DNA of 64,000 nucleotides, from NCBI GenBank assembly GCA_964634205.1, contig CAZWKE010000003.1, forward strand, positions 9,268 through 73,267, given 5' to 3'. The DNA is from an uncultured Spirochaetaceae bacterium (GTDB lineage Bacteria > Spirochaetota > Spirochaetia > SZUA-6 > RPPD01). Below are positions 9,235 through 17,529 of this stretch, one piece after another. Within the stretch, counting starts at the first letter, position 1. Every line of letters begins with the position of its first letter. The translations under genes and the position numbers were made by a program. A model generated the notes under the pieces. That model made no database searches, was not told where the DNA came from, and was given only the letters and a program-made list of their open reading frames with translations.

Positions 9235-10566
9235 CTAATCCTTTTCTTTCCTATATGCAATAATCTTTCCTGATTTCACCTCTGAAAATCCCGGGTTTTT
9301 AAGAACCTCATTATCGCCGACAATCAGCAGGCCCCCGCCGGTAAGTTTTTCCTGAAACTGGGTAACAAGTTTCTCCTGCACGGTTTGATTATAAAAAGAA
9401 AGCACATCACGCGCAAGAATAATATCCAACTCGGGCAGGGGGGTCCCATGCAAAATATCATGGTATTCAAATAAAATCAGGTCCTTAACCGCTTTTACAA
9501 ACTGGTAGCCGTCGGTGGTGGCCTGCACATATTTTGCCTCTAAAAAATACTTCGGCACACCCTGGTTCGGGAGCACAAGATTTGGGGCCGCGGAAATATT
9601 CAGCAACTCATGATCGCTGGCCCATACCTTGATCCTCCGGTCCGGATATTTCAACGTTAAAATGCAGGCAATGGAGTAGGGATCATGCCCTTTTCCACAG
9701 TTCGGGCACCATACATCTATGGATCCTTTGGTCGGTGCCGGCACCAATTCTTCCATTTGCTTTCTGTAATCTTCCCCCCACAGCATGTTCGTATATACTG
9801 AATAATACTCCTCCAGAAAGCCTTCCGCGTCTTCCACACTCTCCAGCTGAACCGGTTTTTTCTGTGTTTTGCGCAGTTTTTTCCAGCCGTCCAGACGGCG
9901 CAGGCACCAGTCTCTGTTGATATCGGTAACATAGAAACTCTTAAAGGTGGCAAGCGTTTCAGTGATAAAATCAAATTCCAGTTCATCGCCTGATATTCGC
10001 GCTTTATTTACGGGCCCCTTTTCGGCGGCAGGTGCTTCCTGTATGATGCGCATACGCTCCAGATCATCCTCATCTACGCCGAAAACCCGTTCCACATCAA
10101 GAATGACATAGAGTTTTTTCTTTACCTCCACGACACCGCTGATATATTTCATATTGATATCCGCGAAAAGCGGATGCCGGGGTTGAATGGTAGACGAATC
10201 TATGCCCACGACGTTATCCACGCTGTCTACGATCATACCGATTACGGTTTCATCCAGACGCAGAATAAGGATATCCACCGCATCCTTTTTCCGCTCTTCC
10301 GAATATTCCAGATGAAACATCTTGCGTAAATTGATTATGCTGATGATCTCTCCCCGCAGATTATATACCCCTTCCACATAAGGAGAAGTATTGGGTACAA
10401 TGGTAAAATTCTTTGCCTTGGAGATCTCTTTTACCTTCATGATATCAATGCCGTAATCCCTGCCCGCAAGAGAGAAGGTCACCATTTTAAAGTCGATGTG
10501 AGCCTTTTTTTCCTGTTGTTCCTGCACATCTACCGCAGGTTGTGTCTGGTTTTCAACCGAACTCAT
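9235..10566 (-). CDS. cheW: CheW-CheR fusion protein (CheW3-like): coupling domain plus a CheR-type methyltransferase domain
   Basis: 443 aa. Residues ~25-165 are a CheW domain (VTFSLAGRDYGIDIMKVKEI...LRGEIISIINLRKMF). Residues ~190-443 carry CheR-like blocks; WCPNCGKGHDPYSIA aligns with the CheR SAM-binding loop W-S-A-G-C-S-T-G-E-E-P-Y-S. A CheR-like tail on CheW3 is known in spirochetes. Confidence 0.75.
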   Translation of the reverse strand: MSSVENQTQPAVDVQEQQEKKAHIDFKMVTFSLAGRDYGIDIMKVKEISKAKNFTIVPNTSPYVEGVYNLRGEIISIINLRKMFHLEYSEERKKDAVDILILRLDETVIGMIVDSVDNVVGIDSSTIQPRHPLFADINMKYISGVVEVKKKLYVILDVERVFGVDEDDLERMRIIQEAPAAEKGPVNKARISGDELEFDFITETLATFKSFYVTDINRDWCLRRLDGWKKLRKTQKKPVQLESVEDAEGFLEEYYSVYTNMLWGEDYRKQMEELVPAPTKGSIDVWCPNCGKGHDPYSIACILTLKYPDRRIKVWASDHELLNISAAPNLVLPNQGVPKYFLEAKYVQATTDGYQFVKAVKDLILFEYHDILHGTPLPELDIILARDVLSFYNQTVQEKLVTQFQEKLTGGGLLIVGDNEVLKNPGFSEVKSGKIIAYRKEKD

Positions 10567-10579
10567 ACCTTTATTGTCC

Positions 10580-12853
10580 TTATGATCTTATTGTTTCACG
10601 TTTTTTTCTTTCCGCGATTTCCATCTTCAATCCCAGGTTCAACAGTTCATTCACATCCAGAATCAGGGAAACGGTGCCGTCCCCCAAAATAGTGGCCCCG
10701 GCGATTCCCGGGGATTTGGTAAAACGGTCTTTCAGGGGCTTAATCACCACGTCCTCCTCACCGATGAGAACATCCACAAACAGCCCGACTTTTTTCTCTC
10801 CGCTGCCCACCACTACGACATAATTATATTCCCTCTGCTCATCCGCACCGATATTAAATATTTTGTTCAGACGGATAAGAGAGATGACATCATCCCGCAG
10901 GTTGAACACCTCATAATTGTCTATCCGTTTAATGTCGACTTCCGCTATCCGCAGCGTCTCAAACACCGAGGTAATGGGGATTGCGTATATTTCCTTACCG
11001 ACGCGGACCAAAAGCCCCTGGACGATCGCCAGGGTCAGGGGTATCCTTATGGTGAACTTTGTCCCCTGGTTATAGTTCGACCAGATGGACACATCACCGT
11101 TCATCTTTTCGATCTGTTTCTTAACCACATCCAGTCCTACCCCCCTGCCGGACACATTGGTCACTTTTTTAGCGGTGGAAAACCCGGCTTTGAAAATGAG
11201 ATTGAAGGCCTCAATTTCCGAAAGGCTTTTATCCGGATGAATAGTCCCATTATCGATCGCTTTTTTGCGGATGGCGCCGATGTCAATGCCCATGCCGTCA
11301 TCCTCAATCTCGATAATGACCATATTACCCTCGTTCCTTGCGCGCAGAACAATCGTCCCTTCTTTTTCCTTGCCTTTCTTTTCTCTTCGGGCGGGGTCTT
11401 CTATCCCGTGGTCAATAGAGTTCCTGACACAATGGATGAGCGGATCCAGCAGGTCTTCGATAATCGATTTATCCAGTTCGGTGGACTCTCCTTCGATAAT
11501 AAGGTTCACACTTTTATGCAGGGATTTGGAAAGGTCTCGTACCAACCGCGGAAAACGTGAGAAAATATGGGAGATGGGGACCATGCGTATCTGCATAACC
11601 CCTTCCTGAAGTGCGGAGGTTATCCGGCTGAGACTCTGGGAATTCCCACGGAACTTATTCAATGATTCCTTGTACTGTGAGTCAAACTTCGAGAAAACCG
11701 ATAACAGGTCACCGAACCGGCCTAAAATATTCTTTTTTACCGCTTTAAATGATGTGCCATTTTGAATATCTTCCATAAATCCCGGCAGCGCATCAAACAA
11801 TTCCCGAATCCGATCCTGGAACTGTCCCATAGTATTCTGGAACTCCAGATAATGCGCGCCGAACTGGCTGTTTACCTGGTTGATAGCCGATTTCATAATT
11901 ACGATTTCACTGACAAGGTTTAACAGCGTATCAATACGCTTACTGTCGACACGCAATACCGAGGAACTGATGAACTTATGCTGTGCCTTTTTTATATCCT
12001 TTTCTTCCTCCGCATCACGTTTTTCAATCTCCTGTTTGACGTCGGCAGTTACGGTACTCTTTTTTTCGGACGAAGCACCGGCGCCTCCCTTTAATGTCTC
12101 CACCGAAACCGCTGTGGTAACGTCATTGATGGTACAGAGATTTTTAATTTTAGCCGCGGTTTCCTTTGTTGAGACATAATAGGTTATTTCCGGGAAAAAG
12201 GTATCACTGTAGATTTCTTCAAAACCCGGGAGGGTTTTTAAGACTTTTCCGGCATTCTTCAGGATGGCAAAGACCTGAATACCGCCGACCGTATTCATTG
12301 TATTCAGTTCGTTAAACTCCACGTCTACTTTGTAAATAAACTCCCCCGTACCTGAGTTTTGGCCCAACTCCAGCAGCTCATATTCGGTCAACCCCTGCGT
12401 ATCCTGCTTTTTCTCGGCAGTAGGCGCGGATTTTTCTTCACGGGGCGCTTTTGCCGGTTCATTCACCGATGCCTTTAAGATGGAAATCAGGGGAGCGATA
12501 TCATCATCAAAAACCTGCCCGCTCATTCTTTTTTCCAACATTTCTTTCAACGTATCCACCGACGCCAGCAGGCTGTCTATCACCTTTCCCGTTATTTTTT
12601 TCTTGGCACTGCGCAGACTGTCCAGGACATCTTCGATACTATGGGTAAACTCCGATATCTCACTCATCTGGACCGTGCCGGAACCGCCTTTGAGCGTATG
12701 AGCGGCCCGGAAAAGTTCATCGATGGCGTCTTTATTGCCGGGATCATTTTCCAGTACCAAAAGGTTCTGTTCAAGGATCTCTATCTGGCCCTGGGCCTCC
12801 GCAAAGAAGTCCTTCAGCAACTCTTCGTTCTTTGGATCAAAATAATCACTCAT
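10580..12853 (-). CDS. cheA: Chemotaxis histidine kinase CheA
   Basis: 757 aa. P1 Hpt with phospho-His in HTLKGGSG; P3/P4 HATPase (DDGMGID, GRGVGLDVV); P5 CheW-like C-terminus. Confidence 0.95.
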   Translation of the reverse strand: MSDYFDPKNEELLKDFFAEAQGQIEILEQNLLVLENDPGNKDAIDELFRAAHTLKGGSGTVQMSEISEFTHSIEDVLDSLRSAKKKITGKVIDSLLASVDTLKEMLEKRMSGQVFDDDIAPLISILKASVNEPAKAPREEKSAPTAEKKQDTQGLTEYELLELGQNSGTGEFIYKVDVEFNELNTMNTVGGIQVFAILKNAGKVLKTLPGFEEIYSDTFFPEITYYVSTKETAAKIKNLCTINDVTTAVSVETLKGGAGASSEKKSTVTADVKQEIEKRDAEEEKDIKKAQHKFISSSVLRVDSKRIDTLLNLVSEIVIMKSAINQVNSQFGAHYLEFQNTMGQFQDRIRELFDALPGFMEDIQNGTSFKAVKKNILGRFGDLLSVFSKFDSQYKESLNKFRGNSQSLSRITSALQEGVMQIRMVPISHIFSRFPRLVRDLSKSLHKSVNLIIEGESTELDKSIIEDLLDPLIHCVRNSIDHGIEDPARREKKGKEKEGTIVLRARNEGNMVIIEIEDDGMGIDIGAIRKKAIDNGTIHPDKSLSEIEAFNLIFKAGFSTAKKVTNVSGRGVGLDVVKKQIEKMNGDVSIWSNYNQGTKFTIRIPLTLAIVQGLLVRVGKEIYAIPITSVFETLRIAEVDIKRIDNYEVFNLRDDVISLIRLNKIFNIGADEQREYNYVVVVGSGEKKVGLFVDVLIGEEDVVIKPLKDRFTKSPGIAGATILGDGTVSLILDVNELLNLGLKMEIAERKKRETIRS

Positions 12854-12926
12854 CCTATTTTTATTTTTATATACAAATGTTAATAAGTCAAGTTAAAAAC
12901 ATTTTTATTGAAGCTGTTTTAAATTC

Positions 12927-13682
12927 TTGACACATTCACCGATACCGGTGCATTATGTAATTATCCATATGGTATCTATTGTCGTAGATAACTCTCCCGA
13001 AATCAGGAACTCCTTGTGCTATATTCTCCTCTCGTTCGGTATAAAGGGAATTCCGTGCGCCGACCGGGCGGAGGCCTTAACTATCATCCGTAAGGCTCCC
13101 GAAGAGATCTCATGCGCTGTCGTTGATATAGACCAAAAAGGAACCGGCGGGCTTGAACTGATAGAGGAATTAAAGCGTGAGGTAAAAACAAAAAAAATCA
13201 ACATTATCGTACATACAATACAGTCCGACAGGGAGGCGGTTGTCAAAATGCTGGAGTTGGGAGTAATAGGCTATCTGTTGAAACCGTATAAAGAGAGTGA
13301 AACTCCCGTCAAATTACATAAAATTTTACAACGGGTTGAAGGACAGGAGAAACGCCAACATATCCGCATAACCCCCGATCCGCAGGATTTACTGCGTGCT
13401 CACTTCCATATTCCGGGTTATCCGCACCTTGTTTCCGGCCTGATTGTTAACCTGAGCATGGGGGGCCTTGCCCTGGAACTGTATTCACCGGTTCCCGAAT
13501 CGGTGCTTGCTGAAAACACCCATATTGCTTCCTTACGATTTATCCTTTCCGCAAAAGAGTTGGCTCCCTCCGGTATCATAGTTGTCCGGAACAACAAATA
13601 TCTGGCAGTCAATTTCAGTGCCATAAACCAGGAGGATAGTCTTGTACTGGCCAGGTATATATTTAAAAGAATAGAGGTCTAA
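12927..13682 (+). CDS. REC-PilZ two-domain protein (CheY-like receiver fused to a c-di-GMP-binding PilZ domain); likely true start ATG 12969
   Basis: The track ORF begins at a TTG that is probably a -35 box (TTGACA at 12927). ATG at 12969 gives MVSIVVDNSPEIRN. REC residues are D in AVVDIDQ, T in IVHT, K in LLKPY. C-terminal PilZ motifs are RQHIRI (RxxxR) and NLSMGGLAL (D/NxSxGG). Confidence 0.7.
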   Translation: MTHSPIPVHYVIIHMVSIVVDNSPEIRNSLCYILLSFGIKGIPCADRAEALTIIRKAPEEISCAVVDIDQKGTGGLELIEELKREVKTKKINIIVHTIQSDREAVVKMLELGVIGYLLKPYKESETPVKLHKILQRVEGQEKRQHIRITPDPQDLLRAHFHIPGYPHLVSGLIVNLSMGGLALELYSPVPESVLAENTHIASLRFILSAKELAPSGIIVVRNNKYLAVNFSAINQEDSLVLARYIFKRIEV

Positions 13683-13719
13683 CAACCATTTCAGCATACG
13701 GTTGTTTTTTTATTTTTTT
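13683..13719 (+). terminator. Intrinsic terminator after the REC-PilZ gene
   Basis: CAACC-(12-nt loop)-GGTTG followed by TTTTTTTATTTTTTT. Confidence 0.45.
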
Positions 13720-13753
13720 GTGGATAGAATAGTATAAAAGGAGCATACCTTCC

Positions 13754-14665
13754 ATGAGATTTAAAACCGCGTTAGCAATAAGTTTTCTTTTGCTGTTCCT
13801 CATAGTATGCCAATCCGGGCTTTATGCCCTTGATGTGGGAATACTTTTCAGATTTGAAAATATGGACTTTGCCCCTGATCGAGAAGAATCCGACCATACC
13901 TTCGACGGACTGACCTTTCCCTGGGGAATTTCAATCTTTGCCAGCCACGAAATCGGTGATAACTTTTCCATTACCACCGGCTTTACACAAGATCCTATTC
14001 TCAGGAATATTTCAGCCACTATGGTGAGTTACCGGTACAGCTTTATCAGCATCGGATTGGGTCCGTACTTTGGATTTTTTAACTCCTGGGACCCGCTGAT
14101 CCGCTCGGGGATTAACGCGTCATTACGTATTGATTTTCCCGGAATAATCTTCGCGGAAATAAGGACGGGCAATACCATCGGGAGTCTGTCGAAAGAGGGA
14201 GACTATTCACAGGAAGAAACCTCTCTTCTTGCCGGTTTTCATGTAATGAATGCGATTTGTACCTTTGGGCTTTTGTCCAAAACCTTTACCCTGGTCAAAG
14301 ATTCGTCACAGGTCATAGACAGTCTGGACAAGTATTATTTCAGCACCGACCTCTTTCAAAAAAATGTTCCGTTCAGGGTCCTTCTCACCTTTGCCTACCA
14401 GACCATTTCCAAGACTTTTATTACACCCACAACCACCAGTTCACACACCCTAAGCTCACTTATTATCGGCACAGAGGTGGAAGTGGAACTGGTACGGTTT
14501 TTAAACCTCCTTGTTATAATCGACAGCAGTATTTATACCTTCGGCCAGGACGATCTACTGGGAGTAGAACCGGGAAAAGGTCTGGGGGGATTTCTCTTCA
14601 GCGCTCAAATCGGATTAAAATTAAAAATAGACCAGTTGGTGCAAAAACCTGAAATAGCCGAATAA
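13754..14665 (+). CDS. Hypothetical secreted protein, probable outer-membrane beta-barrel
   Basis: 303 aa. Signal peptide MRFKTALAISFLLLFLIVCQSGLYA. Beta-strand-like hydrophobic/polar alternation throughout. Good RBS AAAAGGAG. Confidence 0.5.
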   Translation: MRFKTALAISFLLLFLIVCQSGLYALDVGILFRFENMDFAPDREESDHTFDGLTFPWGISIFASHEIGDNFSITTGFTQDPILRNISATMVSYRYSFISIGLGPYFGFFNSWDPLIRSGINASLRIDFPGIIFAEIRTGNTIGSLSKEGDYSQEETSLLAGFHVMNAICTFGLLSKTFTLVKDSSQVIDSLDKYYFSTDLFQKNVPFRVLLTFAYQTISKTFITPTTTSSHTLSSLIIGTEVEVELVRFLNLLVIIDSSIYTFGQDDLLGVEPGKGLGGFLFSAQIGLKLKIDQLVQKPEIAE

Positions 14666-14668
14666 AAA

Positions 14669-14700
14669 AAGAGCTGTCCAAGATCTTTGGACAGCTCTTT
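14669..14700. terminator. Bidirectional terminator between convergent genes
   Basis: Perfect 11-bp inverted repeat AGAGCTGTCCA / TGGACAGCTCT, flanked by an A7 run upstream and CTTTTTGTT downstream. Confidence 0.7.
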
Positions 14701-14725
14701 TTGTTATATTAATCTGTTTTGTTTC

Positions 14726-15751
14726 TTATTGGTTTCCCTGAGTATCAGTATTATTACTCTGTTCTTTATACATTTTCTGTTTTTCCAGAAAACGCAGGAT
14801 GTGCAGATTGCCAAGCCGCCTGATCTCAGCCTTCCTTCTGGCCTCTTCACGCTGCTGCATAATCCCCCATACCTGCTCATCATTTATATCAAGATTGAAA
14901 TCCTGCCAGGCCAGGTCGTACTTGACCTTTACATCTTTTACATAGGTTACAAAATCACCGCCGGTCTGTTGCGCGTCACGATAGATAATAATCCCTATGA
15001 ATTTGATAAACGGCTCGCTCTGGGGATAAAGCGGGAATACTCTCAGATCCCTGTCCCGTACATCGCTGATATAATTGGGATTTTCCCATTTCAGCCGTTT
15101 CCATCCGGCATAATTCAAATATCCAAAAAATATGGTCCGTTCCTCACCGTTCTGGTCTTTATAAATCAACCCGATACCGTGTGGAAAGTTCCTGCCGCTG
15201 ACAACCATCTGCATCTCTTTGATGGTGCCGACGTTTTTTATAATACCTTTATTGTCGAATTTATCACCCTTGCCCTTATTCTCATCACCTGCCTTATCCA
15301 TATATGCCGGAATCTCAAAAGGCGGCTTTATGATTGCATATGAATTGAATGCCGGTTCCGGGAAATGAATTCGCACGGCCAGAACCGCTTTACTTTTCAT
15401 GTCCTCGCCCTCAAAATCAGCTGCATTGGCAGTGGTCTGCGCTTCTTTGGCATAGGAATAGATAATATTTTCACGATACTGTGAGGATGAAGCCAGGTCA
15501 ACCTCCCAGTTACCAAGCGCCAGAGAAGTTTTTAACTTGTCCAACTCATCCGCGGGTACTTCAGCCCCGGCCTGGCTGCGGTAATCAACCATGGTGGCCT
15601 GGTTTTCGGTTGGTGTGGTTTCACCTTGTTTGGTTACATCCGCTTTTAAATCATTGAAATCAATGAGTACCTGTGGTTCGGTTACCTGGGCCACAGCCTG
15701 TACACAAATCAACACAAAGAGAACACCGAGCACAAAACATATCTTTTTCAT
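14726..15751 (-). CDS. flaA: Flagellar filament outer-layer (sheath) protein FlaA-like
   Basis: 341 aa. Signal peptide MKKICFVLGVLFVLICVQAVAQ, then ...VLIDFNDLKAD. Size and the N-terminal LIDF motif match spirochete FlaA. Lies next to chemotaxis and flagellin-glycosylation-type genes. Confidence 0.55.
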   Translation of the reverse strand: MKKICFVLGVLFVLICVQAVAQVTEPQVLIDFNDLKADVTKQGETTPTENQATMVDYRSQAGAEVPADELDKLKTSLALGNWEVDLASSSQYRENIIYSYAKEAQTTANAADFEGEDMKSKAVLAVRIHFPEPAFNSYAIIKPPFEIPAYMDKAGDENKGKGDKFDNKGIIKNVGTIKEMQMVVSGRNFPHGIGLIYKDQNGEERTIFFGYLNYAGWKRLKWENPNYISDVRDRDLRVFPLYPQSEPFIKFIGIIIYRDAQQTGGDFVTYVKDVKVKYDLAWQDFNLDINDEQVWGIMQQREEARRKAEIRRLGNLHILRFLEKQKMYKEQSNNTDTQGNQ

Positions 15752-15788
15752 TTTTTGCTCCTTTTATTAAAGTCTTTCTAGGTCTAAA

Positions 15789-15816
15789 ATTATAATCACC
15801 CTAAATATTTTGTCAA
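15789..15816 (-). promoter_or_regulatory. Near-consensus sigma-70 promoter for the flaA-like gene
   Basis: Minus-strand TTGACA (15811..15816), 16 nt, TATAAT (15789..15794). Then about 30 nt to RBS AAAAGGAG and the ATG at 15751. Confidence 0.6.
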
Positions 15817-15855
15817 CGAATTTATTTTTTTTTTAAAATCCTGTAAAATTCTGAT

Positions 15856-16497
15856 TTACTCTATAATATCCGCTGAAAAAACAATACCGTTCTCGAAATC
15901 CGCGCTCGATTTCAGACCGGCGCAGTATTCCAGCAACGGATTGTTTTTCAGTGCGGCCACGTATCTTCCCAAATCAGTAATATCGGTGATGATAAAATCC
16001 TTCAAGTATTTATAAAAATGCAGTCTGTTCGCTTCCGAGTAATTGGATACCTGGTGTCCCTCTATAAAAACAACCACCTTTTTTACATCAGGAAAATTAT
16101 AGAGTACACTGTCCGCAAATGCCTGAAGAATCTGTCGCGGCGAAATAAGTACCAGTTTGTTTATTTTAAAAATTCCGTTGGAAAAATTTACATAGAGAAT
16201 ATGATCATGAAGAATAGCGGATTTTATTTTTGTATCCACGGGTATTACCGGCAGGTTCTCGTACTTATAGGGGCCGGATACAATCTCATTCACCAACATC
16301 ATGACATTTGCCTCTTCACTTCCCAAATCAGGGAGAAAGCGCTCCTCCCCCACTACCTTGGTTTTTCCCACATGCGGGAAAAAGAGTACGCGACGCACCC
16401 AATTTTCCGAAAATACGAAAAAAAAGAGCGAAACCAGAAATACCACACCCAATAATCCCATAAATATAATAGGAACAAATTTAGAATATATTTTCAC
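15856..16497 (-). CDS. GerMN domain-containing protein (amidase-associated)
   Basis: 213 aa. N-terminal transmembrane helix. C-terminal region ILYVNFSNGIF...SPRQILQAFADSVLYNFPDVKKVVVFIEGHQV resembles the GerMN fold, which is commonly paired with cell-wall amidases. Confidence 0.45.
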   Translation of the reverse strand: MKIYSKFVPIIFMGLLGVVFLVSLFFFVFSENWVRRVLFFPHVGKTKVVGEERFLPDLGSEEANVMMLVNEIVSGPYKYENLPVIPVDTKIKSAILHDHILYVNFSNGIFKINKLVLISPRQILQAFADSVLYNFPDVKKVVVFIEGHQVSNYSEANRLHFYKYLKDFIITDITDLGRYVAALKNNPLLEYCAGLKSSADFENGIVFSADIIE

Positions 16498-16500
16498 GTT

Positions 16501-17529
16501 CTACTCCGTAAATGCTTTTGACTTCTCAAACTTTTCAATAAATGAGCCGACGCCATTATATATCGCCTGGGACAGTTTCTTCAAGTGGTTTTCGCTTGTT
16601 AATGCAAGGGCTTCTTCTTTGTTTGATACAAATCCTATTTCAATAAGAATAGAAGGCATCTTGGCCTTGCGGACGACAAACCATCGCCCTTCCTTCAACC
16701 CCCTGTTTTCACTGGATTTACCGATCACCGCATTCAGGGAATCAAGGATGTCTTTGGCCAGGATGACACTCTCCCATGTATATTCCTCCTCCCTCATGCT
16801 GTTTAAGATGGGAATGATATCCTCATGTTCGTCGCTATATGCCGTGGGTTCAATCAACTCACGTCTGTGTGTCGGCGTCAGATACCAGACCTCAAATCCA
16901 TTGGCCTGTCTGTTCGCGGATGAGTTGGCATGAATGGAGATATATATAATCGCCTCATTCTTTTTTGTCGGTATATTATTGGCAATTTCCGGACGCTTTT
17001 CCAGGGAGATAAACTCGTCACGGTCGCGCGTAAGCTTGACAATCTTATTAGGATATTTATTGGTAAGCATTTTGTAAAGAAGCAATGATATGCGCAATAC
17101 CACGTCTTTTTCCGCTACCGTTACCTTTTTCCCGTTTACCGTATATGAATATGAGGCCCCGGGATCCTTGCCCCCGTGACCCGCATCGATCACGATGGCC
17201 GCAACCCGGTAATACGGAGTCTCCGACGGTTTATTAAAAAAATCCTTGATTATGGCGGCCGTCTCGTCCGGGATCAGTACCGCGCCCTTTTTCCTGATAA
17301 TTCCCGCCGTATTCACCTTTTTCATATAATTCAAAAGGACCCACGGCGCGCCGATTTTAAAAACCACCCTGTCCGTGTTTTTTATCAGCACACCGGTATC
17401 GAGCATATAATCCCACTCCAGAGAGACTTTTAATTCCTTTATAAAAGATTGTAACTCAATATACTCCGCCCGGAGGGTGAATAAGGAAAGTAAAAATAAA
17501 ATAACAACCAGGCTAATTCGCTTTTTCAT
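16501..17529 (-). CDS. N-acetylmuramoyl-L-alanine amidase (Amidase_3 family, AmiC-like)
   Basis: 342 aa. Signal peptide. Zinc-binding active-site motif AAIVIDAGHGGKDPGA. Also ISIHAN. Confidence 0.85.
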   Translation of the reverse strand: MKKRISLVVILFLLSLFTLRAEYIELQSFIKELKVSLEWDYMLDTGVLIKNTDRVVFKIGAPWVLLNYMKKVNTAGIIRKKGAVLIPDETAAIIKDFFNKPSETPYYRVAAIVIDAGHGGKDPGASYSYTVNGKKVTVAEKDVVLRISLLLYKMLTNKYPNKIVKLTRDRDEFISLEKRPEIANNIPTKKNEAIIYISIHANSSANRQANGFEVWYLTPTHRRELIEPTAYSDEHEDIIPILNSMREEEYTWESVILAKDILDSLNAVIGKSSENRGLKEGRWFVVRKAKMPSILIEIGFVSNKEEALALTSENHLKKLSQAIYNGVGSFIEKFEKSKAFTE

